64,000 nt of DNA from Kiritimatiellia bacterium (GTDB lineage Bacteria > Verrucomicrobiota > Kiritimatiellia > SLAD01), in contig SLKG01000043.1 in assembly GCA_007134735.1 (NCBI GenBank), positions 19,317 to 83,316 of the forward strand. The letters are read 5' to 3'. Below the pieces are notes generated by a model that saw nothing but the letters and a program-made list of their open reading frames with translations, was not told the DNA's origin and did not search any database. Below are positions 37,764-47,204 of this stretch, piece by piece; the first letter of the stretch is position 1, and every line of letters starts with the position of its first letter. The translations under genes were made by a program, and so were the position numbers.

Positions 37764-38180
37764 TCATTTCACCAATAACGCCTGGGCGACCGAATAGTTC
37801 CGTGTATGCGAGAGGCTGACGGCAACGTTGCGAACGCCGCGCGAACCGGCCAGGGCGCGCGCCCGTTCACTCAATGCCACCGAAGGCGCCCCGGTATCCG
37901 GATCGCGCCGTACTTCAATGTCCAGCCAGCCGATATGGGCGCCGATACCCGTTCCGAACGCCTTGCTCACGGCTTCCTTCACGGCAAATCGGCCGGCATA
38001 ATGACGCCACGGTTCGGCTTTCCCGTTGCAATAGGTGCATTCTTCTTCCCGGAATACCCGTCGTGTGAAAAGATCGCCCCATCGCGCAAGGACTTCCTTC
38101 ATGCGGGCATTCTCTACCAGGTCGATTCCAATACCGGCCACGCCGGATTCCGGGGCCTGTGTTGTTTCGTTATCGTTCAT
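37764..38180 (-). CDS. acpS: Holo-[acyl-carrier-protein] synthase
   Basis: GIGIDLVE...FAVKEAVSKAFGTG 4'-phosphopantetheinyl transferase motifs. Trimmed to ATG 38180; the tracked N-terminal extension is R-rich and overlaps pdxJ. Confidence 0.85.
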   Translation of the reverse strand: MNDNETTQAPESGVAGIGIDLVENARMKEVLARWGDLFTRRVFREEECTYCNGKAEPWRHYAGRFAVKEAVSKAFGTGIGAHIGWLDIEVRRDPDTGAPSVALSERARALAGSRGVRNVAVSLSHTRNYSVAQALLVK

Positions 38181-38920
38181 GACGCTTGCCCCTCGCCGTA
38201 GGCTCGCAGCCGTTCGAGCATCTCGCGCACGGCGGTTTCCATGCCGACCAGGATGGCGCGTGCAACGATGCTGTGCCCGATATTCAGGGTGTCCAAATGG
38301 GGAATGTGCAGAATACCGCCGATGTTGTCGAGATGGATGCCGTGTCCGGCGTTGACCTGCAAGCCGAGGGCGTGCGCGTGCCGGGCGGCTTCGATCAGGC
38401 GTTTGTGTTCCTGTTCGGCCGCGGGGACCCGGCAGTAGGTTCCGGTGTGCAATTCCACGCAGGGGACGCCCAGTTCCGCGGCGGTGTCGAGTTGAACGGG
38501 ATCCGGTTCGACGAATAGACTGACCCGGATACCCGCTTCCTGGAGTGCCGGGATGGTATCGCCCAGCGCTGCGCGATGGGTCTTCACATCCAGGCCGCCT
38601 TCGGTGGTCAGTTCTTCGCGCCGTTCCGGGACGAGACAGGCTTCGGGCGGGCGAAGATCCAGGGCGATCCGAACGATCTCGGGCGCAATGGCCATTTCCA
38701 GATTGAGCGGGAGTTTGCCCCATGCCTTCAGCGCGTACACGTCGGCGTCCCCGATATGCCGTCGGTCCTCCCGCAGGTGCGCGGTGATGTTGTCCGCGCC
38801 GGCGCGCGCACAGCCGTCGGCGGCTTCCAGCGGTGAGGGATAATCCGTTCCCCGGGCCTGGCGTACGGTGGCCACATGATCGATATTGACACCGAGCTTT
38901 AATCGTTTTGGGGGCATCAT
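38177..38920 (-). CDS. pdxJ: Pyridoxine 5'-phosphate synthase
   Basis: LGVNIDHVATVRQARG N-terminus and a TIM-barrel PdxJ fold. ATGA overlap with acpS. Confidence 0.9.
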   Translation of the reverse strand: MMPPKRLKLGVNIDHVATVRQARGTDYPSPLEAADGCARAGADNITAHLREDRRHIGDADVYALKAWGKLPLNLEMAIAPEIVRIALDLRPPEACLVPERREELTTEGGLDVKTHRAALGDTIPALQEAGIRVSLFVEPDPVQLDTAAELGVPCVELHTGTYCRVPAAEQEHKRLIEAARHAHALGLQVNAGHGIHLDNIGGILHIPHLDTLNIGHSIVARAILVGMETAVREMLERLRAYGEGQAS

Positions 38921-38954
38921 GAATATCCGGGTTGTGTTTCCGGGGCTTCCTTGA

Positions 38955-40199
38955 CTAAAAGGGTTTTCTGGACGGGTGTATGTCCGGACGGGATTTCTTC
39001 ATCTCCGGCCGGTATACGATACAGAGATTGCGTCCCATTTCCTGCGCCTGTTGAAGGGCGAATTCCGCACGCTGGAAAAGATCGCGCGCGGACGATCCGT
39101 GCTCGGGAAATCCGGCCACCCCCACACTGACGGATATTTTCAACGGCGTTCGCCCGAGTGCAAAGGGGGTGCGTTTAATTAGAGTGGACAGCCGTTGTGC
39201 CGCGGTAAGCGCATCTCCGGGGGCGCAATCCATGGCCAGGATGAAATGGGTGTCGCTGTATCGGCTGATCAGATCGCTTTCGCGGGTATGCGCGATCAGC
39301 AGGGTCCCCAATCCCTTGAGAATGGCATTGACGGCCTCGGGTCCGTAATGCTCCCGGTACTGGGTAACGTAATCGATGGACAGGTATAACACGGAAACGG
39401 GAAGGTCGTCTTTGCGGTATCGGGCCACGTACTTCTGCAAGCCGGACGCCAGCTTTTCCTCCCGCAGCACGCCGGTCAGTTCGTCCACAATGCCTTTTTG
39501 CGCTTCTTCTTTAACAACGTCCTGCTCCCCGGCTTGTTCCTGTGTTTCCGGGCGTTCGTCGGGAACGGCGGCGGCGCGGTGCCGGCCCGGGCCGTCGGAA
39601 AGCGATTCATCCAGAGCTTCCCGGGCTTTGCTGGTCAACAGGGCCGCCCGGTTCGTATTTTCGGGATAGGTCGCGTATCCGATGTTGATGGGGACACGCA
39701 GGGTGAGATGATTCGCGCATCGGCAGGTTTTCGACCCGATCCGGTTGATCAGGCGTTCGGCCATGGTTTGCGCATGCCGGCGAGCGGTGTTGGTGACGGC
39801 GCCGAAGGTCTTTTCGTCGTACCGCATAAAGAAGTCCTTCTTGCGAATATGGGCCCGTATGTGCTGCTCCAGTTGATCCATGACTTCTTTTCCCGCGTCC
39901 GGGCCGTGTTTTTCGGCGATGCCCTCGGCATCATGGGGCGATATAAAGAGAACGGAAATGGGCTCCGGTTCACGCTGGACGACACCCAGGCGCTGAATGA
40001 TCTGCAGTTGGAAGGCGTCCGCCGGGTTCAGGTGTTCGGGGCTGGCGGATTTCACCCGCTCGGCAACGAGCTGGAAGCGGATAACGCTTGCGACGAGCGT
40101 AATCAGCGCAAAGGAAACGACGACCACCAGAAGATATTGCAGCACATGCCCGATTACGGGCAGCGTTCCGATTGACATCAATATGATCAGTCCCGGCAT
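38955..40199 (-). CDS. Membrane-anchored protein with two GGDEF-like domains that are probably degenerate
   Basis: N-terminal TM helices followed by two diguanylate-cyclase-like folds. The GGDEF positions read RYDEK and RYSDT, so catalysis is unlikely. Confidence 0.65.
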   Translation of the reverse strand: MPGLIILMSIGTLPVIGHVLQYLLVVVVSFALITLVASVIRFQLVAERVKSASPEHLNPADAFQLQIIQRLGVVQREPEPISVLFISPHDAEGIAEKHGPDAGKEVMDQLEQHIRAHIRKKDFFMRYDEKTFGAVTNTARRHAQTMAERLINRIGSKTCRCANHLTLRVPINIGYATYPENTNRAALLTSKAREALDESLSDGPGRHRAAAVPDERPETQEQAGEQDVVKEEAQKGIVDELTGVLREEKLASGLQKYVARYRKDDLPVSVLYLSIDYVTQYREHYGPEAVNAILKGLGTLLIAHTRESDLISRYSDTHFILAMDCAPGDALTAAQRLSTLIKRTPFALGRTPLKISVSVGVAGFPEHGSSARDLFQRAEFALQQAQEMGRNLCIVYRPEMKKSRPDIHPSRKPF

Positions 40200-40249
40200 G
40201 AGTACGAACGAGATCGGATGGATTCCCCTGCGTGCGACGAACGCGCGTT

Positions 40250-41353
40250 TCAGACGATGGCGTCTCCCGTCTCGCGATCAAAGAAATGGGCCTTTTTCAT
40301 GTTCAGAACCATCGTCAATTCCTGGTTCACCTGGGCCTTGGCATGGATGTCCACCCGCGCGATGAAGGAGCTCTTCCCGGTATTCAGGTACAGGTACACT
40401 TCCGAACCCATGGGTTCGATCACTTCGACTTTGGCCTTGAACTGGTGTTCCGGGTCCGCATTGCTCAAATACAGCACATCGGCAATATCTTCGGGACGAA
40501 TGCCGAAGGTCAGCTCTTTTCCGATATGGTTTTTGAGTGATTGACCGTGGCGGTCTTCGATCCGCACGGAAAACGTGTCCTCATTGAAGTGCAAGCCGCC
40601 GGGTTTCTGCTCGATGCGACCCTCAAAAAAGTTCATGGGCGGACTGCCGATGAAACCGGCCACGAACTGATTGGCCGGATGGTCGTACAATTCCAGCGGG
40701 GGGGCGACCTGAAGAATGAACCCGTCTTTCATGACCACGATGCGATCGCCCATGGTCATGGCCTCGACCTGGTCGTGCGTCACGTAAATCATGGTGGAAT
40801 TCAACCGGGTATGCAATTTACTGATTTCCGTGCGCATTTGTACGCGCATTTTGGCATCCAGGTTGGACAGGGGTTCGTCGAATAGAAAGGCCTTGGGTTT
40901 GCGTACGATGGCCCGGCCGACGGCCACACGCTGTCGTTGACCTCCCGACAATTCCTTGGGTTTGCGCTCCAGCAACTCCCGGATGCCCAGGATCTCCGCG
41001 GCTTCCATGACGCGGCTCTCGATTTCACTCTTGGGATAGCGTCGCAGTTTGAGTCCGAACGCCATGTTCTTGTATACGGACATGTGGGGATACAACGCGT
41101 AGTTCTGGAAAACCATGGCGATGTCGCGGTTCTTGGGCGGCACGTCGTTGATCTTGCGCCCGTCGATATAAATGGTGCCCTTGGTGATTTCTTCCAGGCC
41201 GGCGATCATGCGCAGGGTGGTTGATTTGCCGCAGCCGGACGGTCCGACCAGCACGACAAATTCCTGATCCTGGATCTCAAGGTTGGCATTATCAACCGCA
41301 ACAACATTGCCGGGAAAAATCTTATACACATTTTCAAGTAATACCTTGGCCAT
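40250..41353 (-). CDS. ugpC: Sugar / sn-glycerol-3-phosphate ABC transporter ATP-binding protein (MalK/UgpC family)
   Basis: Walker A (GPSGCGKST), the signature motif (LSGGQRQRVAVGRA) and a C-terminal TOBE regulatory domain. Confidence 0.85.
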   Translation of the reverse strand: MAKVLLENVYKIFPGNVVAVDNANLEIQDQEFVVLVGPSGCGKSTTLRMIAGLEEITKGTIYIDGRKINDVPPKNRDIAMVFQNYALYPHMSVYKNMAFGLKLRRYPKSEIESRVMEAAEILGIRELLERKPKELSGGQRQRVAVGRAIVRKPKAFLFDEPLSNLDAKMRVQMRTEISKLHTRLNSTMIYVTHDQVEAMTMGDRIVVMKDGFILQVAPPLELYDHPANQFVAGFIGSPPMNFFEGRIEQKPGGLHFNEDTFSVRIEDRHGQSLKNHIGKELTFGIRPEDIADVLYLSNADPEHQFKAKVEVIEPMGSEVYLYLNTGKSSFIARVDIHAKAQVNQELTMVLNMKKAHFFDRETGDAIV

Positions 41354-41567
41354 CAGGTGTCCCTTGGTTAATCGATTTACTCATGCGAACGCGCCGATGA
41401 TCCCGGTCTCCGGATAACCGGCCTTGTATGCGGGATGTCGGACCACAGGTTTCCGGAAACCTTCTCAAAATGACGAAAGCTAGTCAATAGCATACCCTGA
41501 ATAGCATACCCGGAATGCGGAGGGGCCGGAATCCTTTTCGATGGGGCGGGCGGCATGCCGGAAAAGG

Positions 41568-41595
41568 TTGACACCCCAACCCGTTCCTTGATAAT
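41568..41595 (+). promoter_or_regulatory. Sigma-70-type promoter (TTGACA, 16-nt spacer, GATAAT) for the hyp-GT4 operon
   Basis: -35 TTGACA at 41568..41573 and -10 GATAAT at 41590..41595. A GGAG RBS sits 13 nt before ATG 41623. Confidence 0.5.
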
Positions 41596-41622
41596 GCGCC
41601 CAAACGGAGTGGCCCGCACACA

Positions 41623-42096
41623 ATGACGGAACCGATCTTCAAAATGGATGCATCCGGCGTGGATGTGGAAAAGATTGTCCTGGATATCCGGGAAAGCGTG
41701 TCCCGCAAAATAGAGGAGGGGGTTTATGCGGATGCGCGCGTGGCCCGCGCCGAACGCACGAATCTGGCGACTCTGCGCAGCGAGGACGAATTCCTGGAAT
41801 TCTATCTCAAGTGCCTGCGCGACACGGTGTTTGTGGATATCAACGATTTCGAGATACAGGAACGGCGTCGCGGATGGGCGCCGCTCCTGGTGGGGATCAA
41901 AAAAGGCCTCTGGAAACTGTTGAAGTTCTACACCTATCGTCTTTGGTCCCAGCAGAATCAGATCAATGGGCTCCTGGTGACCGCCATCGAAGGCACGGAC
42001 CGGAAATATGATGTGAAGATTCGCGCGCTGGAGGAACGGATCCGGGCACTCGAAGCCGGACGGGACCGCCAACAGGGCGATGGGAAATCCGGCTGA
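41623..42096 (+). CDS. Hypothetical protein (coiled-coil C-terminus), translationally coupled to a GT4 glycosyltransferase
   Basis: 157 aa. No motif recognised. The stop overlaps the ATG of the next gene (TGATG). Confidence 0.5.
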   Translation: MTEPIFKMDASGVDVEKIVLDIRESVSRKIEEGVYADARVARAERTNLATLRSEDEFLEFYLKCLRDTVFVDINDFEIQERRRGWAPLLVGIKKGLWKLLKFYTYRLWSQQNQINGLLVTAIEGTDRKYDVKIRALEERIRALEAGRDRQQGDGKSG

Positions 42097-43280
42097 TGGC
42101 CCGCGCCGAACGCATAGCCTTCGTCTGTCCCCGGTTCGCCGAAAGCGGAACGGTAGGGGGCGCGGAAACCCTGCTCAAGAACCTTGCGGATCACGCGGCG
42201 GCGGCAGGACGGAGCGTAACCTTCTTAACCACCTGTGCCCAAAGCCATTTTACCTGGGAGAATACCCTGCCCCCGGGACGCCGAAAGGTCGGGCGGCTGG
42301 ACGTGGAATTCTTCCCCGTGGACGAAAACCGCGATATCGAGGCCTTCCTGCGGGTACAGGGCGCCATCTGCAACAACGGCCCGCTCACCGAGGCGGATGA
42401 GCGCACCTGGATCGCCAACAGCGTAAACAGCCGGGCCCTCTACGAGCACCTGCGCGCGCAAGGCGACCAATATGACCGGCTGGTTATGGGTCCTTATCTG
42501 TTCGGCCTCACCTGGTTTGCCGCGCAGATTCATCCGGGAAAAACCCTGCTGGTACCCTGTCTGCACGATGAGCCGTTTGCGTATCTGAAGATCATGAAGA
42601 CCCTGTTCGGACAGGTGGCGGGTTTCATGTTCAATTCGGAACCGGAGCAGGAATTGGCCCGGCGACTCTTTGACCTCCCGGAATCCCGGTGTCGGATCGT
42701 GGGAATGGGGATGGATTCCTTTGAGGCGGATCCGGATGTCTTCCCGCGGCGGCAGGGACTGGCCGAACCCTATATCATATATTCGGGCCGACGGGAGCCG
42801 CTCAAGGGCACTCCGTTGCTGATCGATTATATGCGCACCTTTCGAGAGCGCACCGGAAGGGATGTTCGAATGGTCTTCACGGGAAGCGGCCCGATCGAAC
42901 CGCCGTTGGAACTGGAACCGTATATACGGGACGTCGGATTCGTGTCCGAACAGGAAAAACACGAAGCCATGGCCGGCGCATTGGCCTTTGTCCATCCCTC
43001 GATCAATGAAAGTTTCGGCATTGTTCTGCTTGAATCGTGGCTGGCCCGTACGCCCGCCCTCGTGCACGCGCGCAGCGAGGTGCTGCGTTGGCAATGCCGG
43101 CGCAGCGGAGGAGGGTTATGGTTTCGCCATTACCCGGAATTCGAGGAGGAATTGATCCGTTTGATGGAAGACGAAGACCTGCGCCGGCGGCTTGGCGCGT
43201 CCGGACGCGCCTATGTCGAACGTGAGTATGCGTGGGAAGCCGTAGAAAAACGATTGTTGGAAGCGCTGGACACACGGTAA
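42096..43280 (+). CDS. Glycosyltransferase family 4 (GT-B, glycos_transf_1)
   Basis: N-terminal FVCPRFAESGTVGGAE and a C-terminal EX7E-type region (ESFGIVLLESW). Confidence 0.85.
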   Translation: MARAERIAFVCPRFAESGTVGGAETLLKNLADHAAAAGRSVTFLTTCAQSHFTWENTLPPGRRKVGRLDVEFFPVDENRDIEAFLRVQGAICNNGPLTEADERTWIANSVNSRALYEHLRAQGDQYDRLVMGPYLFGLTWFAAQIHPGKTLLVPCLHDEPFAYLKIMKTLFGQVAGFMFNSEPEQELARRLFDLPESRCRIVGMGMDSFEADPDVFPRRQGLAEPYIIYSGRREPLKGTPLLIDYMRTFRERTGRDVRMVFTGSGPIEPPLELEPYIRDVGFVSEQEKHEAMAGALAFVHPSINESFGIVLLESWLARTPALVHARSEVLRWQCRRSGGGLWFRHYPEFEEELIRLMEDEDLRRRLGASGRAYVEREYAWEAVEKRLLEALDTR

Positions 43281-43367
43281 ATCGGGCGAGGCGGGCGGCC
43301 GGCATGTCGCGCTGATGCTTGTGTCGTATGGAGGCGTAAAACAGGGCGCCGCGAAACACGTGCCATA

Positions 43368-44078
43368 GTGAGAGTGATGTCGCTGGAAAGAAATGATACG
43401 AAGAAGCCGCTTCTCCGGGTCCGGGACCTGTCGTTCCGATACGATTCGGACGGGCCGGCCTTGTTGCGCGATCTGAACCTCGATATCCACCAGAACGACT
43501 TTGTGCACATCAAGGGCGAGTCGGGTTGCGGCAAGAGCACTCTGTTGCGCGTACTGACGCGCCTGGCTGATCCGGATACCGGGACCTTGTGTTTCGAAGG
43601 GCGGCCTCACACGGATTATTCGGTGATGGAATGGCGAACCCAACTGGTACTGGTTCCGCAGGAACCGGTTATGATCGACAACTCCGTGCGCGACAATCTG
43701 TTGTTGCCGTTCACCTTCGCGGCGTTCCGGGACGTGACACCGCCGGGCGATGACCGGATCCGGCAATGGATGTCCCGGTTTCACCTGAACGGCGTGGACC
43801 TGCATGATCGGGCCCGGAAACTATCCGTCGGCCAACGCATGCGCCTGGCCGTCATTCGCGCCCTGATGGTCCGGCCGAAAATCGTATTGCTGGACGAGCC
43901 CGCCGGTGCGCTGGACGAAACATCCCGGAATATGTTCGAGCAGGAAATCATCAAATTACGGCAGGACGGCGAAGTGGCCGTGGTGCTCGTGTCACATATT
44001 CCCTTTCAGGCGCATGCCGAACGATTGCGCGTGTTGAACATGAGCGCGGGGATCTTGACGGGGGATTCGGTTGGATAA
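43368..44078 (+). CDS. ABC transporter ATP-binding protein (FetA/YbbL-like)
   Basis: Walker A (GESGCGKST), signature (LSVGQRMRLA) and Walker B (VLLDEP). Confidence 0.8.
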   Translation: MRVMSLERNDTKKPLLRVRDLSFRYDSDGPALLRDLNLDIHQNDFVHIKGESGCGKSTLLRVLTRLADPDTGTLCFEGRPHTDYSVMEWRTQLVLVPQEPVMIDNSVRDNLLLPFTFAAFRDVTPPGDDRIRQWMSRFHLNGVDLHDRARKLSVGQRMRLAVIRALMVRPKIVLLDEPAGALDETSRNMFEQEIIKLRQDGEVAVVLVSHIPFQAHAERLRVLNMSAGILTGDSVG

Positions 44079-44202
44079 AACCGGGGCGCATGGGCGCGTT
44101 CGCCACGCCTTACCAGGCGCGGCTACGAATGCGGCCTTGGAGTAGCCGCCGCTGATCAGCGGTGGCGGCGGCGGAATGCGGTGGATGGATTGGCGAAGGC
44201 AT

Positions 44203-44976
44203 ATGGAAATCATCGACATTGGATATTTCGAATTGGCGTTTTGCCTGATCCTGGTGCTGGCGGCAGGTCTGGCCTCCGTGGCGCTGAGATTGGGACTGGA
44301 GCGCGACCTGCTATGGGGGACGGTGCGCACGGTTGCGCAGTTGTTTCTGCTCGGCTATGTCCTGCGCTTTATTTTTGCGGTGGAGGAACCCTGGTTGGTT
44401 CTGTTGATTCTGTTCGGTATGATCCTCTTTGCCGCGTGGACCATACACGGGCGCATGGAAAAACGTCCGGTGGCTTTCTTCTGGCCGACGTTGGTCAGTA
44501 TGCTTCTGTCCTATTTTGTCATCGTTTTCTTTGCGACCGCATTGGTGGTCGGCGTGGACCCCTGGTATCTGCCGCAGTACGTCATCCCGCTCGGCGGCAT
44601 GGTCGTCGGCAATTCCATGAATGCCATCGCCTTGGCGCTGGACCGCCTCTTTTCCTCGCTGGACAAGGGCCGGCAGGAAGTGGAATTGCACCTGTCTCTC
44701 GGCGCCACGTACCGCGAAGCGTCCCGGCGGCCGCTTAAGGAAGCAATCCGGGCGGGCATGATCCCGACCCTGAATAACATGATGGCCGTGGGCGTGGTGT
44801 TTATTCCGGGAATGATGACCGGGCAGATTCTGGCGGGCGTGGATCCCATGGTGGCGATCAAGTATCAGATCATGATCATGATCATGATTCTGATTTCCAC
44901 GATGTCGGGCGGCATTCTCGTCACCCATCTTGTCCGCCGACTGTGTTTTACGGCTAATCATCAGTTGAAGATATGA
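44203..44976 (+). CDS. ABC transporter permease (FetB/YbbM, UPF0014 family)
   Basis: Polytopic membrane protein matching the YbbM/FetB pattern. Paired with the preceding ATPase. The start is taken at MEIIDIGY, ATG 44203. Confidence 0.7.
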   Translation: MEIIDIGYFELAFCLILVLAAGLASVALRLGLERDLLWGTVRTVAQLFLLGYVLRFIFAVEEPWLVLLILFGMILFAAWTIHGRMEKRPVAFFWPTLVSMLLSYFVIVFFATALVVGVDPWYLPQYVIPLGGMVVGNSMNAIALALDRLFSSLDKGRQEVELHLSLGATYREASRRPLKEAIRAGMIPTLNNMMAVGVVFIPGMMTGQILAGVDPMVAIKYQIMIMIMILISTMSGGILVTHLVRRLCFTANHQLKI

Positions 44977-46049
44977 GCGCCATACACCAGTTTGTAGCCG
45001 GGTTCAGCCGGGGCGACGCGATCAGCAACGAAGCCCTTGTGATGCGCGATCTGTTTCGGTCCTGGGGGTATGAATCGCATATCTACGCCGAAGCGCGCCG
45101 GATTCTTCCGGAACTGCGGTCCGAAGCGCGGGACGTGTGCGATTACCCCAAACAGGCGCAACCCGGCGATGTCGTGCTGTTGCATCTTTCCATCGGATCG
45201 ATCGTGAATGACGTCTTTGCGGGATGCAACGGCCGCAAGGTCATTCTCTATCATAATGTGACGCCGCCCGAATATCTGCAGGGCGTCCAGGAGGAAGTGG
45301 CCGCGAACCTCGCCCGGGGCCGTGAGCAGATGAAGCAACTGGCGGGCACGGCGGACGTCGTGCTGGCCGATAGCCGGTTCAATGCGCGGGAACTCGAAGC
45401 GCTGGGGTACGGCGAGGTGCGGGTTCTTCCGCTCGTGCTGGATCTGCAAAAACTGCGCGGCCGGTCCGACCGCCGCCTGCTCCGCACGTTCGGGGACGGC
45501 CTTGTGAACGTGCTGTTTGTCGGCCGGTGCGTGCCGAATAAACGGCTGGAGGATCTGCTCGCCGCGTTCTACTACTTTCAGAAATTTGTCGAACCGGCGT
45601 CCCGGTTCATTCATGCGGGCTCCTATGCGGGACTCGAACGATATTACGCGTATCTGCTGACCTACGCTCGGGAGCTCAAATTGGAAAATGTCGTATTCAC
45701 CGGTTCCATCCGGCAGGAAGAACTGAATGCGTGTTACCGTTCAGCGCACCTGTTCTTGTGCATGAGCGAGCACGAAGGTTTCTGTATTCCGGTTATTGAG
45801 AGCATGGCCCTGGAGGTGCCGGTGCTGGCCTACGAGGCCGCGGCCGTGCCGGAAACCATGGGCGGAGCCGGAGTGTTGTTTACCGAAAAACGATTCGATC
45901 TCGTGGCCGAAATGATGGGGCGGCTGACCGGCGATACGGCCTTCCGGGAGGCCGTGTTGAAGGGCCAGCGCGAACGTATCGCCCGCTATGAGCATCGCGA
46001 TCCCTCCGTCGAACTGCGCGATCTGCTGAAGCCGGTGTTGGAGAAATGA
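44973..46049 (+). CDS. Glycosyltransferase family 4
   Basis: C-terminal GT4 motifs (SEHEGFCIPVIESMALEVPVLAY). ATGA overlap with the permease. Confidence 0.85.
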   Translation: MSAIHQFVAGFSRGDAISNEALVMRDLFRSWGYESHIYAEARRILPELRSEARDVCDYPKQAQPGDVVLLHLSIGSIVNDVFAGCNGRKVILYHNVTPPEYLQGVQEEVAANLARGREQMKQLAGTADVVLADSRFNARELEALGYGEVRVLPLVLDLQKLRGRSDRRLLRTFGDGLVNVLFVGRCVPNKRLEDLLAAFYYFQKFVEPASRFIHAGSYAGLERYYAYLLTYARELKLENVVFTGSIRQEELNACYRSAHLFLCMSEHEGFCIPVIESMALEVPVLAYEAAAVPETMGGAGVLFTEKRFDLVAEMMGRLTGDTAFREAVLKGQRERIARYEHRDPSVELRDLLKPVLEK

Positions 46050-46050
46050 C

Positions 46051-46575
46051 ATGAACAAGCGAGAAATATTGGATGTCGTGTTTATCGGATTCGGATTGTA
46101 TCTGATGATCCGGTTTGTAAATACCCTGCATTCCGTCATGTGGCATCTGGCTGTCCGCCCGGAGTATCCGGGTGTGTCCTATTGGGATTATTTCCCGGTC
46201 GAGACGATTCACGCCCTGCTACAGGGCGCACTCGGCTTGACCCTGCTGTTCGGCCGCGGCGTTCTGCACCGGCTGTTGAAGATCGCCCCGGAGGGTCCGG
46301 CCCTGGTCCATGACACGGGTGCACCCGTTCAAGAGAAGCGGGCGTTCTGGGTGCGGATGGTCGGTCTCTACTTCCTTGTAAGCGCCCTGCCGTCTGTTTT
46401 GGGATATCTGATCGATCGTCGTTATATGCAACCCGGCTCGTTCCTGTTCAGTCAGTTCATGAGGCAGGCGATTTCTCTGGCGATCGGTTTGATACTCATC
46501 ATCAAAGCCGAGGCGACCGTCCGATACCTGTTCCAGCCGTCTGAATCCGGTTCCGATGGAAGCGAGCCGAAATGA
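46051..46575 (+). CDS. Hypothetical polytopic membrane protein (paralog 1)
   Basis: About 4 predicted TM helices. About 30% identity to the next ORF (LDVVFIGFGLY / LDLVFVGFALY; LLFGRGVLHRLL / LFIFGRNVLHGVL). Confidence 0.6.
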   Translation: MNKREILDVVFIGFGLYLMIRFVNTLHSVMWHLAVRPEYPGVSYWDYFPVETIHALLQGALGLTLLFGRGVLHRLLKIAPEGPALVHDTGAPVQEKRAFWVRMVGLYFLVSALPSVLGYLIDRRYMQPGSFLFSQFMRQAISLAIGLILIIKAEATVRYLFQPSESGSDGSEPK

Positions 46576-47084
46576 AGAAGCCGCATGTTCTTGATCTGGT
46601 CTTTGTGGGGTTCGCCCTTTACGTGTTTGTTACCGGCACGACCTTTATGTCCTATGCGCTGATCGGCGGCCTGTCCGCCGCTCGCGGGACACTGTTCGAG
46701 TGGAGCTCGCCGTTGGCCGTAATCTTCCATTCGTTGATTTGGCTCGGGTGGGCGGCGCTGTTTATCTTCGGGCGCAATGTGCTTCACGGCGTGCTGGGAA
46801 CGGCGGAAGACACGAAGACCGATCCCAAACTCATGGTCTTCTGGTTTCGGGTGTTTGGGTTGGTCATGGCGGTTCATGCCTTGTTAAGCGCCATCGGCGC
46901 GGCCGCCTGGCACTTTGCCGATGAACCGACGCTGCTGTACATTAAGGTACCCCACGCGTTGATCCTGGCCGTGCTGGGTTATCTGTTCCTGCTTCAACCC
47001 GGCCGCATCGCCGATTTTTTGGACCGCGTTTGGACCGGGCACAGACGGGCGGAAGTCCGGCCGTCCACACGGCCGGACGCGTGA
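46572..47084 (+). CDS. Hypothetical polytopic membrane protein (paralog 2)
   Basis: ATGA overlap with paralog 1 and the same architecture. Confidence 0.6.
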   Translation: MKKPHVLDLVFVGFALYVFVTGTTFMSYALIGGLSAARGTLFEWSSPLAVIFHSLIWLGWAALFIFGRNVLHGVLGTAEDTKTDPKLMVFWFRVFGLVMAVHALLSAIGAAAWHFADEPTLLYIKVPHALILAVLGYLFLLQPGRIADFLDRVWTGHRRAEVRPSTRPDA

Positions 47085-47107
47085 GTTCGATCGGGAGGGG
47101 CGGCGGC

Positions 47108-47190
47108 AATTCAATATCCAACAGCCAACAAGGAATGTCCAATGTTCAAATTTGATCCGTGGTTATTCCTTGTTGGATATTGGATATTCG
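47108..47190. repeat. Inverted pair of the dispersed ~37-nt element (copies B1 reverse and B2 forward) forming a hairpin between convergent genes
   Basis: 47108..47144 is the reverse complement of CATTGGACATTCCTTGTTGGCTGTTGGATATTGAATT. 47162..47190 is a forward partial copy (TTATTCCTTGTTGGATATTGGATATTCGG). Confidence 0.7.
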
Positions 47191-47204
47191 GATGTCCTTG
47201 CCGC

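Noticed and set aside
38181-38723. R-rich N-terminal extension of tracked ORF 37764..38723
   Set aside because: It overlaps pdxJ on the same strand in another frame. The AcpS homology begins at MNDNETTQ (ATG 38180), giving the usual pdxJ-acpS ATGA coupling.
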